From positions 11,870 through 75,869 of the IMG/VR virus record IMGVR_UViG_3300025086_000015: DNA of 64,000 nucleotides; one strand, written 5' to 3'. The notes below the pieces were generated by a model that ran no database searches, was not told the DNA's origin, and worked only from the letters and a program-made list of their open reading frames with translations. The position numbers and the translations under genes were made by a program. The stretch is from a virus. Positions 46,401-56,388 of this stretch are shown piece by piece. How positions within the stretch are numbered: position 1 is the first letter of the stretch; each line of letters begins with the position of its first letter.

Positions 46401-49400
46401 TTGAATCTCTAAACCGGTTGCAGCTTGTAATACCATCATATCACCAGGCATCTTTCTTTTGATAACTGAGTTTGTTACAATAGCATATAGTATTGATTCT
46501 ATTTTATCTCTTTCAAATAATTGATTTATAAATGGATTATCACTTTTAAGCAATGCTAATATACCGTTCTTTGTGTGCATTGGCATATCACGCTTATCAA
46601 GCTCTGATATAATAGCATCAGATAGAACTTTCATATCTTTAGCTAAATATCTCCCATCATCTTGCATTTCAAGATTTAATCTTTTAGTAAGTTTTTCTAT
46701 ATCTCTCTTAATTAGTTGATAACTAACTTCGTGATATTCGTCGATTACACTTTCCAGACCCGCTTCTTTATATACTTCACTAACCTGTCCATTTTCATAT
46801 ATATTTATAGGAAGCAATGATGTAAGCTGTGTTCCTGCAGATACTTTGTTTTTTATTTTAGGTGCTATCTCTACTTGTATTCCTACTTGAGAAAAATCAA
46901 ACTCTAATAATCCTAAAGGCTCTCCATCTTCTTCAGATAATTCCATCGGCTTGTAACTTGAGTAGTTACCATCTTCTTGATAAAAAGAATCAAAGTTTTG
47001 ACCATCGATTGTAGGAGCCCCCACTTTAACTACAGAGTTAAATACCATATAGTCTATATCATTATCAACCATATCTTGATTAATATCATCATAAGTTCTA
47101 CCTGGCATTAATTGAGGTATTAATGGGAACAATGCAAATTTGTGGAATGTCATAAGTCTTACATTATCCTCTATAAAAGGAGCAAATACTTGCGGCTTTA
47201 ATGCTGGGAAATATGCTAAGTCTTCATTGGCTATAGTATCACCATTCATTATTTTTTGATACAAGTTTTCTTGTGCATCAGTCCATTTACCTGCTCTCCA
47301 CAATAAACTTCTATAAGCATCTAAATGCATAAATCCACCGCCATCAAACTCATCCATGTTATTATAAGTTTGCTCTAAAATATTTTCACCCTTTTCATTT
47401 AAATTATCTAACATGCTAGGGTTTAATACTCTCACAACATCTATATAATCTTGTAAATACGGAGAATCTACTTTAACATCTCCTCTAACGACTGTCTTTA
47501 TTTTAGAAGAATGCTCTTTATTCATACCTAAATTTTCCATATTGTTATTCATCCACTCTAATAAGTGTGGGTCAGATGATGGGTAAATTTTAGTACCTGA
47601 TACTCCTGAAGTTCTTTTAAATAGATCTTTATACAATGCTAAGTCACCTAAAAATAATTTACTTTGTTCAATAACACCAGTCATGTGCTCATATGTTAAT
47701 TGTTCTGAGAGAACTCTAACAGTACTTGGCATTAAAGTAGATGTGTCTGTAGTATTGTCTTGTGACACCATTTTTAGTTTAGATACTAATTGGCTATTAA
47801 TACCTACATTATACGAGCTTCCTTGTTTGCCCGGTCTAATGATATTAAAATCTAGTAATGAATTAGTAACCTCTTGAACTCGTACTTCTAAAAATTCATT
47901 AAGTTTTGACTCTACTTCTGGACTAGAAACGATCTGTGCTATCTTTTCATCTGAAAGTTTTTTAGATAAATCTTTACGGCTAATATCAATTATACCTTTA
48001 AAGAATCTAAGTTCCCCTCCTTGATCTGCATAGTTTTCTATTCTCCTTAACTTACTTGTTTTATTTGAATTAAATATAGTTGCAGTTTTTATTTCATCAA
48101 ATAGGTATCCCTGAAGCCTTTTTACCATATCTTGTTTAGATAAAGTTAAACTAGCAGGAACTCCAAAGCCTATTCCATACTCTGTTTTTTTATCTGCTGT
48201 TCTTATAAACGGCATAATACCATTCCCTAATATAGCGTTAACTTGCATACCTGCTATATCAGACGGTGTGCTTTTAGATAATCCTTTACTTCTACCAAAC
48301 TCTTGTTTTATATCTTCTAAGACTGATATTTCTAATTTTCTACCTTGCTGTGCCATACCCTGTAAGTATACAGAATTAGCTAAGTTAGCATGACCTAATA
48401 ATTCTACTACTCTTTCAGGATTGTTATTTAATTCTGAAGCCGTTACATCTAAATGATTCTTTAGACTAATTCCATAAACTTTTTTACCTGCTGCATTTAT
48501 ATGGATTAAATCTACAGCGTAGTTTGTTTTTTCTATCTCTACATTCATTAAGACTTTTAACCTACCTTGTATGTCTCCCTCGTATAAATCGCTTATTGGA
48601 TTTGATAATACTTCATTCAATGTCCAAGTTACAGCATCTTTAATCTCATTACTGTCCTCATATTTCTCCATAAACGCTGGAGTATCTGAAAATTTAATTC
48701 CTATAGCAGATAATAAAGCCGCTGCTTGTAGAGAGTCTTTTGGAACTTTAGACCACTCTTCTAAAGATTTTGTTACTTTATTGATTGTAACTTTAGCATT
48801 TTTATCTACTACCATTTTACCATCTTTAAGAACACCTACACCATCTATAATAGATTTTCTAAAGTTTAATTTCCATGTATTTCTAACAAGATCATCTATT
48901 CTACTAGAATTATTATCCAGTAAAAATCTACCTCCTTGTCTATCTATAGATTGCATATGGAAAGTTCTATTAGCTTGATTAAATTGTTGAACAACTCTAG
49001 TAATCATTCTAACTTGAGGTCCAGTTTTATCTGACCAGTCATTAGTACTTAAACCTAATCTTTTAACAAGCATTTTTAACTCAGGTCTAGTTTGAGTAAG
49101 CTCTAATAGTTCTTCTACTATAAACTCAGGATCTGTATTAGCTAGCTCTTTGTATAAAAAGGCCATAGTTGAACCAAAATCTACTAGTTTTGGGAATCCG
49201 CTATTATTATATACTAATTGTCTTTTACCATTTATTTCTTGTGTTGCAGGTAGCGTAGATATTAATAATCTAACCGGATGTGGTAAAGTTAAATTAGGAT
49301 CTATTTCTGATTGCGCAGTATCAAACCCTACTCCAGTTCGCTCATCTTCACTTATCTCTAGATCATCTAGTATTTCCATTTTGAATCTTTGTAAATACGC

Positions 49401-52400
49401 TTTATGCTGATCTTGGAAAAACTCCCAATTACTTTTAATTAATCCTCTTGTATTTTGTACTTTATTTATTTGATCTTGTACAAATTCTTTTTGTGTTTTA
49501 CTTTTAGCTACTGCTAACTGCTGCTGAAGAGCTGTTTCTCTGTTCTGTAGAGACCCTAGCATTTTATTATATACAGTATTAGACTGTCCAGGTCCCCCGT
49601 AAAGACTGTTAATTGCAGAACTTACCTTATCTTGTTTAGATGTATCAAATATATCTTCTATTTCAAATAATCCTTTTTCAGCTGCTAAATGGAATAGCTG
49701 TACTGTCATTCCTTCTACAGTATTATTTATTAAGGTAGGGCTAATTGCTGCACCTTCCATGTAAGCTTCCTCATTTGAATCGTACAAAGTAATTTCTGTT
49801 GTAGGATTTGCAAAGTATCCTCCATGTATTTTAGACATTAAGTTTTCTACTCCAGATGTAGAGTCTGTAAAGAAATTTAAAGCTGCAAATATTTTATCAA
49901 ATAATCTATCTAACCAAGATTTTTTTACATTTTGACCTACTCTGTAATCTCCATCAGCTAAAACATACGCTCTAAACTCTTCAGCTAACCACTCATCTAT
50001 CTCTCTATCTGTAAACTCAGATAATTTTTTAACATCTCCTTTAAATGTTCTAGCAGTCCCTCTAAGCTTTCTAGCTTCGTCATACATCTTAAACCTATCC
50101 TCTTTAGAAATAAGCCTTCTAGTAACACCATGCCATGTTTCATGGTACACTACACCATCTACATCCATTTCACTAGATAATAATATATTACCATCTTTAG
50201 TGAACTTACCGTATCCTTTACCGTCTATAAGACCTTTTACTAAATTGATACCAATTAATGGATTTCCATTTTTATCTTTAGGCATATTAGCATTAAACCA
50301 TTTAAGTTGTCCGTCTAGGTCTACTAGCTGTTCATTTTCAAATTCTACAGAAGACTTTAATAAAAATGGAGAATCATCTTCCGCATCCTCATCTTTATTA
50401 GGATCATAGTTAGTAAACGGACTGTTTTCCATATTTTGTTTACCTTGATCCATATTTACTTTTTGAATAACTTTTGATTCTTGTGTAGGAACTAAGGCGC
50501 CTCTAAGAGCTTCAGCTATACCCGCCGGAAGATCTTTACCTTTAGCTACATTAATTATACCTTCAAAAATTACATTACCTTCGTTGTCTAAAACTTGAAC
50601 TGGAGTAGGCTTTAACTGTTCTTCTACAATTTTTGAAGCTTCTTCCTCAGTCATTAATGATTTTTCTGTAGTGGTTACTACAACTTCTCCTGTATCTGTT
50701 ACTGTAGCCTCAACTACAGTTGGTGAATTTTCTTCCGCATTCTCTTGATTTTCTATCCCATTTAATATTTCATCTTTTGTTTCAGGATTACCATTATGCT
50801 TAAGATACATATTCATAAATTGTGGTACTGTACTTTGCTCAACGTCTTTAGATTGCGAAGAGTCTAAGTTCATATTTACTGTTACTGGAATATCCGTTAT
50901 GTCTCTACCTTTAGTAGATAATAAATACTCTGTGTAATTTGCCCACTCTATTGTTTCTACTTCTAGATCATTATTTACTATAACTTCTACATGCGCTTCA
51001 TACTCAGGAGGGAAGTTTTTCTTTTTAGCATATAGTTTAGCTTTTCCTTTAGCTGCTTTTATTGCTTTTGATTTAGCAGCAGTTGCTGAAGTTCTAGCTT
51101 TCTCATCACGTCCTAACCTAGTACTATTAGCATTATGTATAAGTAAAGGTAAAAACTCTAAAAGCTCAGTGTGCTCCGCTGCATACTGCTTAGGATCTGA
51201 TAATTGCTCTAAAGTAATTTTTTGTCCTTTGTTTCCATAGTGTATAGCGTCTGTTTCTAGCCAAATAGAATACTCTTTTAATTTTCTATCCTTAGCTTGC
51301 TTACCAAAAAATATCATTTCAGACAATATAGTAGTAAGTCCTTTGCCTCCAATTAGAGCAGCTTCTTCTCCACTCATCTGATCTTGTGCCACTAACTTTT
51401 GTCTAGTAGCAAATAGTCTTAATAGATTGTAAACATTATTTTGCGCATTTTCTCCTAAGTTTTGAGGCCATCCTCTAACTAGGTTACCTTTAATTCCAGA
51501 CATACCTGGTTTAGATAAGTATAAAAATCCGTTTGGAACATTCCATGAGTTCCCACCAATATTTATATTAGCTCTACTTTCACCCTTTGTTCCTAAAGCT
51601 GCTTTAAGTTGGATGTCTTGCACATGTTTTTCATCTTGAACTAATCTCCCTAAAACAGACCCTCTAGATTGAGGATTACCGTTTTCCCAAATAGTCATAC
51701 TTTTTGACTTTCCAGATATTCTATAGTACAAAGGAACCTGCGCAGTTAATAGCTTTTGTCTATCTTCACTATGTCTATCTGAAACTTCTTTAACAGCTGC
51801 TTTTATAGAGCCATCTTCATTTAAATCTCTATCTACATTGTATCTATACTCTCCTTCTGGGCCTGTTAATTTAGCAGTAGGCATATCAGTATATGCTAGT
51901 TTACCATCAATCAATACAGGATTAAGATCTTTATCTACAAGAACAAGTTTTATGTTTTCATTTTCTTCAGTTGTAGCATCTTTAAGGTCTTTTAAATATA
52001 CAAACTTTTTAGTGTAGTCTATATCTCCAGTATTAGAGTCAAAAAATATTATTTGATCCTGCAGCTCAGCAGGAATATTATTTCTATGTATAACCATTAA
52101 TCTGTTTCCAGATTTCTTTGACCAATCAGTTACATTCTCAGTAGCTCTAAAGAATCTCATTTGAGACATTACATGCTCGTAGTGCATTTTTTCAGATTCT
52201 GTTAAATCTCTCTCTGCTAATATTTCTTGATAATCTGCAAATGCTGTAAGAGCTGCTTTATGATTTCCAGCTGTTTTTGTAAAAGGAATATCTAAAATAC
52301 TAGGTCTGTTGTTATCAGTAACACCATTGTCAGACCATAACTGATCATCTGTATATTCTACATTTATATTTGTATTTTTTCCTTTGTCGTCTCTAACCTC

Positions 52401-55400
52401 TTTTTCAGCGGGAGTCATAACACCCTCTTGCCACCTTATAAATTCTGACAAGGTATTTGTAATAGCCTGCTGCAGTACTTGGGCTTTGCCTTGGTTATCT
52501 AGTTGAGTTTTGACTCTACCTAAATCTTCAGTTAAAGATTCTTTAGTAGAGGCTTGCATTTCTTTAATCTGGTTTTGTAAGGTTGCTATATCTCTATCGA
52601 TACTTACCAACTCGTTAGAAAGCCATGCCTGGTCCTCCATTGTTAATCCTTCTGGTGGGAACATCTTAACGTTACCACTCTCATCAGTAAATTTATTTAA
52701 AACATTTTCTACATCTTTTCTATGCTCAGAAAGTTTAGTAAGCTCTTTTTGAAATTTTGCTAAGTCTTCATTAATTAATTCTAAGAATTCATTAGGCACA
52801 TTATCAGATGCAAACATATTTAAAAGTTCTTTTAGAACTTGTTTGTCTACTTCTTTACCCTCTTCTTTACTAGTTAAAGCTAAATCTGTTAGAGTATTCT
52901 TATCAAAATATCCTTGATCTACAAGACCTTTATAGAAATCTTCTTCAGATATTAACCCTAAGAATTCATTAATTAATTCAAATGCATCCTCTTGTGTAGC
53001 AGGTCTTTCTAATATATCACTAACTGATTCTGGGTTAGTTAATAGATTATGTATTACTTGTATTTTTAAAGAGTGTTCTTCTAGCGTAGCTATTGCATCT
53101 ACTAATTGACTTTCTTTGCCTTTTAATTCGTTTTCTTTTGCTAAGATCTCTGCTAATGCTTTTTGAGCACCTTCAATGCCAAATTTACCTTTCTTACCTA
53201 TAGCATTTAGATTAACATACAGCTGATTATTTTTATCTCTTTTAGCATTTTGTATTGCACTTAATACTTCTTGAGCGTTTTCTGCAATCTCTAATAGTTG
53301 AAATTGAGTTTCATAAACTTCTTCATTAACTGCTTCTAGATTAGCTACCAAGTCTCTTTCCAGAACATCTATACTGGCCTGTAATCCTTCTAACTGCATC
53401 GATGCTCTATCTACTATCTTCCAATTCTCTAATGACTTATTTGATGGGTCAAAGGTTTGGAATTTAGTTTGTTTAGTTTCTAGAGCTTCAGTAAGTTTAT
53501 CAATTTCTTCTTGATCTCTTGGAGTTTTATTAACTTTACCTGACAACTGCTCTAAACGCTTAAGCATTTTAAAAGTTTCTGAATCTGGAATAACAACTAA
53601 ACCTTTATCTCCTTGTTCTTTATAGTATGCTCTATAAGTTTTCTTTTCTCCATTTTTATTAGTATAATCAAACTCTACTATCTTACCTCTATATTTTCTA
53701 GCTAGATTTTTTTCATAGTCTGATAACCCTTTAAACTCCTCAGATTGTGTTACATCTTCTATGTATTGTTCTACTTGTTGTATCTTATCTTCTCTAGCAT
53801 CTGGGTCTATTAGTTGTTGAACTAGATTTAACATTCTATGTCTTTGCGCTCTAATATTTCTAAGATCCTGTAACTTCTGTATATACTCGTCTTTCTTCTT
53901 TAAGTATTGCGCTGGATTTTCTTTTTCAAATTTATCTAAAACTTGTTGTTCTTCAGAAGATAGGTTAGGCGCTACTCCTTGTTTCATAGCTATAGCTAAA
54001 TCTACCATTTGCTCCCTAACTTCATCAAGCTCGTATAAAACTTCTAAAGCTTCTATATCTTTACCTGAGTTTTCTAAAGCTTCAGCTTTCTTTTCTAATT
54101 TACTAGCTTTTTCTGAAAGACCTTGCAATACTAGTTGCGGGTGTGCTGGCTCAGTAAATTGCTTTATACCTAACTGCTTTTTAATTTCTTTCCCTACTTT
54201 AGAATTTTCCATTACATCGACAGCTTTCTGCCCTAGCTTATCCATTGTAAAGTTTTTAACTCTTTGTAAGAAGCTTTCATTTTCTGCTTTATCGTTTGCA
54301 GGAATATCTTCTATTTGTTCTGCTGATAAATCTAAACCTTCGTTAGTTAATTCTTCAATTAATAATTCTTCTCTAGCATCTAAATCTTTTGCAGACGAGT
54401 ACGCGTGTACTAATGCTTTTCTATAATTATCATTTACATTTATACCATCTGTAGAAGACATAAGCTCTTTAATTGCATGAGCCCTTTCTTTATGTTGCTC
54501 AATAACTTTATTTTTTCTATCTTCTAAAAATTCAGCTCTTTCTTTTGTAGACATATTTGATGTCATGTCTCCATAATCAAACATCTCTTCAAATGCATCG
54601 TTCTCCATACTACGAATATCTTCAAGACTTTCTATTACATCTCCAAAGTAACCTGCTTTCATTCTATGGTATACATAACTAAAAAATGCATCATGGTCAG
54701 CATTTTTATACGCAAAATTATTATCTGTTAGTAAAGCATACTCTCTACTTTTATCAGCACTAGTCATGTCTGAAGCCATCTCAAAATTAGTTTTTATGGC
54801 TTGAAGAGCATCAGGATTTTTATTCATGTAATCAGCTAGATCGCTTAAATCTTTTCGTTCTCTTATACGCTCTTGGATAGATTCCTTAATACCTCCTTGC
54901 CATCCTAATCCAAATTCTCTTTGTCCTGTATCTGGGTTAGTTTTAACAAATGTTGGAAGACCTAATCCACCTAAAATAAAGCCCATAAAAATTTCCTTTT
55001 GTCCTTCAGGGCTACCATACGCTTCTCCAAAAGAATCGTAAGTATTACTTAACAATCCTCCTAAAGCTTCAAGAGAAGTTGGGTTTTTACCATCAATATA
55101 ATACTGTTCTGCTGCTTTTTGTCCTGCAATATCTGCTAATTTTTGCCCACCCTCTTCTACAAATCCTTCATACAATGGTCTTTTAAGCACAGTATACAAA
55201 CCTCCACTTATTTTTCTAAATGTATTGTAATCTTTATATTTAGGTAATAAGCTAGTTACACCATCTTTTTTAACTTTTTTAAATTTTCCAGATAGATTCT
55301 TTTTCATTCCGGCTGCTCCTTTACCAAATATTTTTGGAAACATTAACATGTTGCTGTAGCCTACTAATGCTGCATTAGCGGCAAACACACCATTAGCTGT

Positions 55401-56381
55401 AGAATAAGCTATTTGATTTATGTTTAGCATGTCTTGTTCTGTAGGAGCTTCTCCTGTTCGTTCAGTATGTAGATCTACTAAATTAGAAACTGTACTATCA
55501 AAATTATGTCTTGCCTCTACTCCAGACTCATACATTGCACCGGTAGCAAATCTACGAGCAGCAACTAATCCTTGATATATTTTTTCATTTCTATTTATTC
55601 TTTGTAGGTTAGCATTTCCTTGGATAGCTTTTTGACCATAAGATGTGTTTCTTAACGCAGCTATTCTCTTCATGTGGTTAGCAGCTTTTGCTGGTATTAG
55701 AGCGCTAGCTAATCCAGCTGTAGCAAATTCTGATATAACAGCACCTGCCACAAAAGATAATCCGTTTGCCATACCATCTGTCCAAAAGTTTGCAGCTCCC
55801 GGTCCAAATGCAGCTTTAAATGCCCCATATTCAGCTTCTTTTGATGTGTAGTAATTTGGAAGCGATTCTCTAACAGATTCATTTATATCATCTAAACTCC
55901 TTTGAAAATCGTTATTAAAAAACTTACCCCAAGTAGAGCTCTTACCAAATCCATCTCTAAACCCTGAATCAATAACTTCTGCTAACCCTACACCTAACCC
56001 CACAGTATTACCTAAGACGTTAGTGAATATACCTACTGGTAATTGTGCTCCATAAGATCTTGTAAATTTTTCACCAAAGCTTTGTCCTTCTGCTCTAGTA
56101 TCATCTATATCGCTTTCATTTATAGAAAAAGGTCTGTCAATATACTTATCATATTCATCATAATCAACACTAGAAACTTGAGTCCCTCCTGTAAAAGGAT
56201 TGGCTATACCTCTAGAAATTTCACCTGCTCCAGGACCAAAAAAGTTTTGACCTAAAACACTTTCAGGTTCTTTTTCATCTTTAGTAGTGTCAATAATGTT
56301 GTTAGAATTTAACTCTGTACCATCTCCAGGTTGAAGTAAACTATCATCTGTTAATCCACCTATTTCTTTTTTTTCTTGCAT
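43425..56381 (-). CDS. Virion-packaged DNA-dependent RNA polymerase polyprotein (crAss-like)
   Basis: 4318 aa; catalytic GSDYDIDKL (DxDxD, ~46060-46080), GFRIPTEG, DEFDGGGF and KRTSG motifs; zincin HETWH (~50130-50145). Confidence 0.9.
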   Translation of the reverse strand: MQEKKEIGGLTDDSLLQPGDGTELNSNNIIDTTKDEKEPESVLGQNFFGPGAGEISRGIANPFTGGTQVSSVDYDEYDKYIDRPFSINESDIDDTRAEGQSFGEKFTRSYGAQLPVGIFTNVLGNTVGLGVGLAEVIDSGFRDGFGKSSTWGKFFNNDFQRSLDDINESVRESLPNYYTSKEAEYGAFKAAFGPGAANFWTDGMANGLSFVAGAVISEFATAGLASALIPAKAANHMKRIAALRNTSYGQKAIQGNANLQRINRNEKIYQGLVAARRFATGAMYESGVEARHNFDSTVSNLVDLHTERTGEAPTEQDMLNINQIAYSTANGVFAANAALVGYSNMLMFPKIFGKGAAGMKKNLSGKFKKVKKDGVTSLLPKYKDYNTFRKISGGLYTVLKRPLYEGFVEEGGQKLADIAGQKAAEQYYIDGKNPTSLEALGGLLSNTYDSFGEAYGSPEGQKEIFMGFILGGLGLPTFVKTNPDTGQREFGLGWQGGIKESIQERIRERKDLSDLADYMNKNPDALQAIKTNFEMASDMTSADKSREYALLTDNNFAYKNADHDAFFSYVYHRMKAGYFGDVIESLEDIRSMENDAFEEMFDYGDMTSNMSTKERAEFLEDRKNKVIEQHKERAHAIKELMSSTDGINVNDNYRKALVHAYSSAKDLDAREELLIEELTNEGLDLSAEQIEDIPANDKAENESFLQRVKNFTMDKLGQKAVDVMENSKVGKEIKKQLGIKQFTEPAHPQLVLQGLSEKASKLEKKAEALENSGKDIEALEVLYELDEVREQMVDLAIAMKQGVAPNLSSEEQQVLDKFEKENPAQYLKKKDEYIQKLQDLRNIRAQRHRMLNLVQQLIDPDAREDKIQQVEQYIEDVTQSEEFKGLSDYEKNLARKYRGKIVEFDYTNKNGEKKTYRAYYKEQGDKGLVVIPDSETFKMLKRLEQLSGKVNKTPRDQEEIDKLTEALETKQTKFQTFDPSNKSLENWKIVDRASMQLEGLQASIDVLERDLVANLEAVNEEVYETQFQLLEIAENAQEVLSAIQNAKRDKNNQLYVNLNAIGKKGKFGIEGAQKALAEILAKENELKGKESQLVDAIATLEEHSLKIQVIHNLLTNPESVSDILERPATQEDAFELINEFLGLISEEDFYKGLVDQGYFDKNTLTDLALTSKEEGKEVDKQVLKELLNMFASDNVPNEFLELINEDLAKFQKELTKLSEHRKDVENVLNKFTDESGNVKMFPPEGLTMEDQAWLSNELVSIDRDIATLQNQIKEMQASTKESLTEDLGRVKTQLDNQGKAQVLQQAITNTLSEFIRWQEGVMTPAEKEVRDDKGKNTNINVEYTDDQLWSDNGVTDNNRPSILDIPFTKTAGNHKAALTAFADYQEILAERDLTESEKMHYEHVMSQMRFFRATENVTDWSKKSGNRLMVIHRNNIPAELQDQIIFFDSNTGDIDYTKKFVYLKDLKDATTEENENIKLVLVDKDLNPVLIDGKLAYTDMPTAKLTGPEGEYRYNVDRDLNEDGSIKAAVKEVSDRHSEDRQKLLTAQVPLYYRISGKSKSMTIWENGNPQSRGSVLGRLVQDEKHVQDIQLKAALGTKGESRANINIGGNSWNVPNGFLYLSKPGMSGIKGNLVRGWPQNLGENAQNNVYNLLRLFATRQKLVAQDQMSGEEAALIGGKGLTTILSEMIFFGKQAKDRKLKEYSIWLETDAIHYGNKGQKITLEQLSDPKQYAAEHTELLEFLPLLIHNANSTRLGRDEKARTSATAAKSKAIKAAKGKAKLYAKKKNFPPEYEAHVEVIVNNDLEVETIEWANYTEYLLSTKGRDITDIPVTVNMNLDSSQSKDVEQSTVPQFMNMYLKHNGNPETKDEILNGIENQENAEENSPTVVEATVTDTGEVVVTTTEKSLMTEEEASKIVEEQLKPTPVQVLDNEGNVIFEGIINVAKGKDLPAGIAEALRGALVPTQESKVIQKVNMDQGKQNMENSPFTNYDPNKDEDAEDDSPFLLKSSVEFENEQLVDLDGQLKWFNANMPKDKNGNPLIGINLVKGLIDGKGYGKFTKDGNILLSSEMDVDGVVYHETWHGVTRRLISKEDRFKMYDEARKLRGTARTFKGDVKKLSEFTDREIDEWLAEEFRAYVLADGDYRVGQNVKKSWLDRLFDKIFAALNFFTDSTSGVENLMSKIHGGYFANPTTEITLYDSNEEAYMEGAAISPTLINNTVEGMTVQLFHLAAEKGLFEIEDIFDTSKQDKVSSAINSLYGGPGQSNTVYNKMLGSLQNRETALQQQLAVAKSKTQKEFVQDQINKVQNTRGLIKSNWEFFQDQHKAYLQRFKMEILDDLEISEDERTGVGFDTAQSEIDPNLTLPHPVRLLISTLPATQEINGKRQLVYNNSGFPKLVDFGSTMAFLYKELANTDPEFIVEELLELTQTRPELKMLVKRLGLSTNDWSDKTGPQVRMITRVVQQFNQANRTFHMQSIDRQGGRFLLDNNSSRIDDLVRNTWKLNFRKSIIDGVGVLKDGKMVVDKNAKVTINKVTKSLEEWSKVPKDSLQAAALLSAIGIKFSDTPAFMEKYEDSNEIKDAVTWTLNEVLSNPISDLYEGDIQGRLKVLMNVEIEKTNYAVDLIHINAAGKKVYGISLKNHLDVTASELNNNPERVVELLGHANLANSVYLQGMAQQGRKLEISVLEDIKQEFGRSKGLSKSTPSDIAGMQVNAILGNGIMPFIRTADKKTEYGIGFGVPASLTLSKQDMVKRLQGYLFDEIKTATIFNSNKTSKLRRIENYADQGGELRFFKGIIDISRKDLSKKLSDEKIAQIVSSPEVESKLNEFLEVRVQEVTNSLLDFNIIRPGKQGSSYNVGINSQLVSKLKMVSQDNTTDTSTLMPSTVRVLSEQLTYEHMTGVIEQSKLFLGDLALYKDLFKRTSGVSGTKIYPSSDPHLLEWMNNNMENLGMNKEHSSKIKTVVRGDVKVDSPYLQDYIDVVRVLNPSMLDNLNEKGENILEQTYNNMDEFDGGGFMHLDAYRSLLWRAGKWTDAQENLYQKIMNGDTIANEDLAYFPALKPQVFAPFIEDNVRLMTFHKFALFPLIPQLMPGRTYDDINQDMVDNDIDYMVFNSVVKVGAPTIDGQNFDSFYQEDGNYSSYKPMELSEEDGEPLGLLEFDFSQVGIQVEIAPKIKNKVSAGTQLTSLLPINIYENGQVSEVYKEAGLESVIDEYHEVSYQLIKRDIEKLTKRLNLEMQDDGRYLAKDMKVLSDAIISELDKRDMPMHTKNGILALLKSDNPFINQLFERDKIESILYAIVTNSVIKRKMPGDMMVLQAATGLEIQARAIKQKDYEQANKDNIDIAMLKPLKFYRPGKDKTLAMQVMLPHRFKELGLGNLIDANNIDEGLKQLIGFRIPTEGLNSIDFIEVVGYLPPSAGSTIIVPSEIVGKSGSDYDIDKLTLYFPNYTYNEESNTVSRIPYLTDENSTVEERYEVMKQEEPRDLTLSQFSKLPISDQNIQVALQNRVQEIIKTVLENPQSFDQLITPVGAFEVKNVAREIAALRDKRGKGKGQSTMFNKKLSFGNLVNTSYRMWSGLGGVGIVAVTATQHAKAQRAGLDWSPEIDLQLNFAGTGYSLSRVSDVNGGMKISSVLAQYVTGYVDVTKEDFVFDINAGVEYAPIHMMLVRSGVPLDQVAYFMSQPIIDDYVNLNETQRSLAAQYSGGKSYMGKEDMYSTLKTKYGARPESEPVKFNADVLKDMVGKDISELSRVEKQMQSQILDDFIRYQEYADFLFLLTTATKFDTSKLSGPTAIKYMKAALARVEDTQAFVNVDNLIYNQNGKYSLMSAFREGFDAGSKMFSSLDMKEYHPYISKWTYDKIYELTNPTLRRSADEIGYVMKRFDSHLSSYIVQNTPLQRSYLKNKISSLFRGDNSLPRRILAAKGSPRLKDNLLIQELYPLLQTFQDPKHPEYSIDNMKLFSKKLQTFDIDLLSDSYLELQEIAPQLAKDLVEFSVLQSGFHFSPNAFFQVLPSTEVLNIISPYFNRYSEEFNLNLDNVWEDFIQNSSSDGKIVPRLPYRINEKRKQSFKDGTIIHNSQHEYVSISAPTGAVKTVGSITKPVYETKLFINTGPSKKTPSMNVFTAIPKRGMGMNLIESNTDSLLKSNVSKFGLDTLDISKGTEQVLDKVGSAVIIAKTLMPSGMYLTNGDARVHLDIIGTLSINDIYKGSKKAIAAGLTLKGREGLEELAVAMGYRNWEAAKKAKANKQLVDRKSVVLYRATTLDSSNYTTKDSYDDFGYDPTRQQGTEQLFKSKDAISNEVNQVLKEKDNCKKSK

Positions 56382-56388
56382 ATATATA

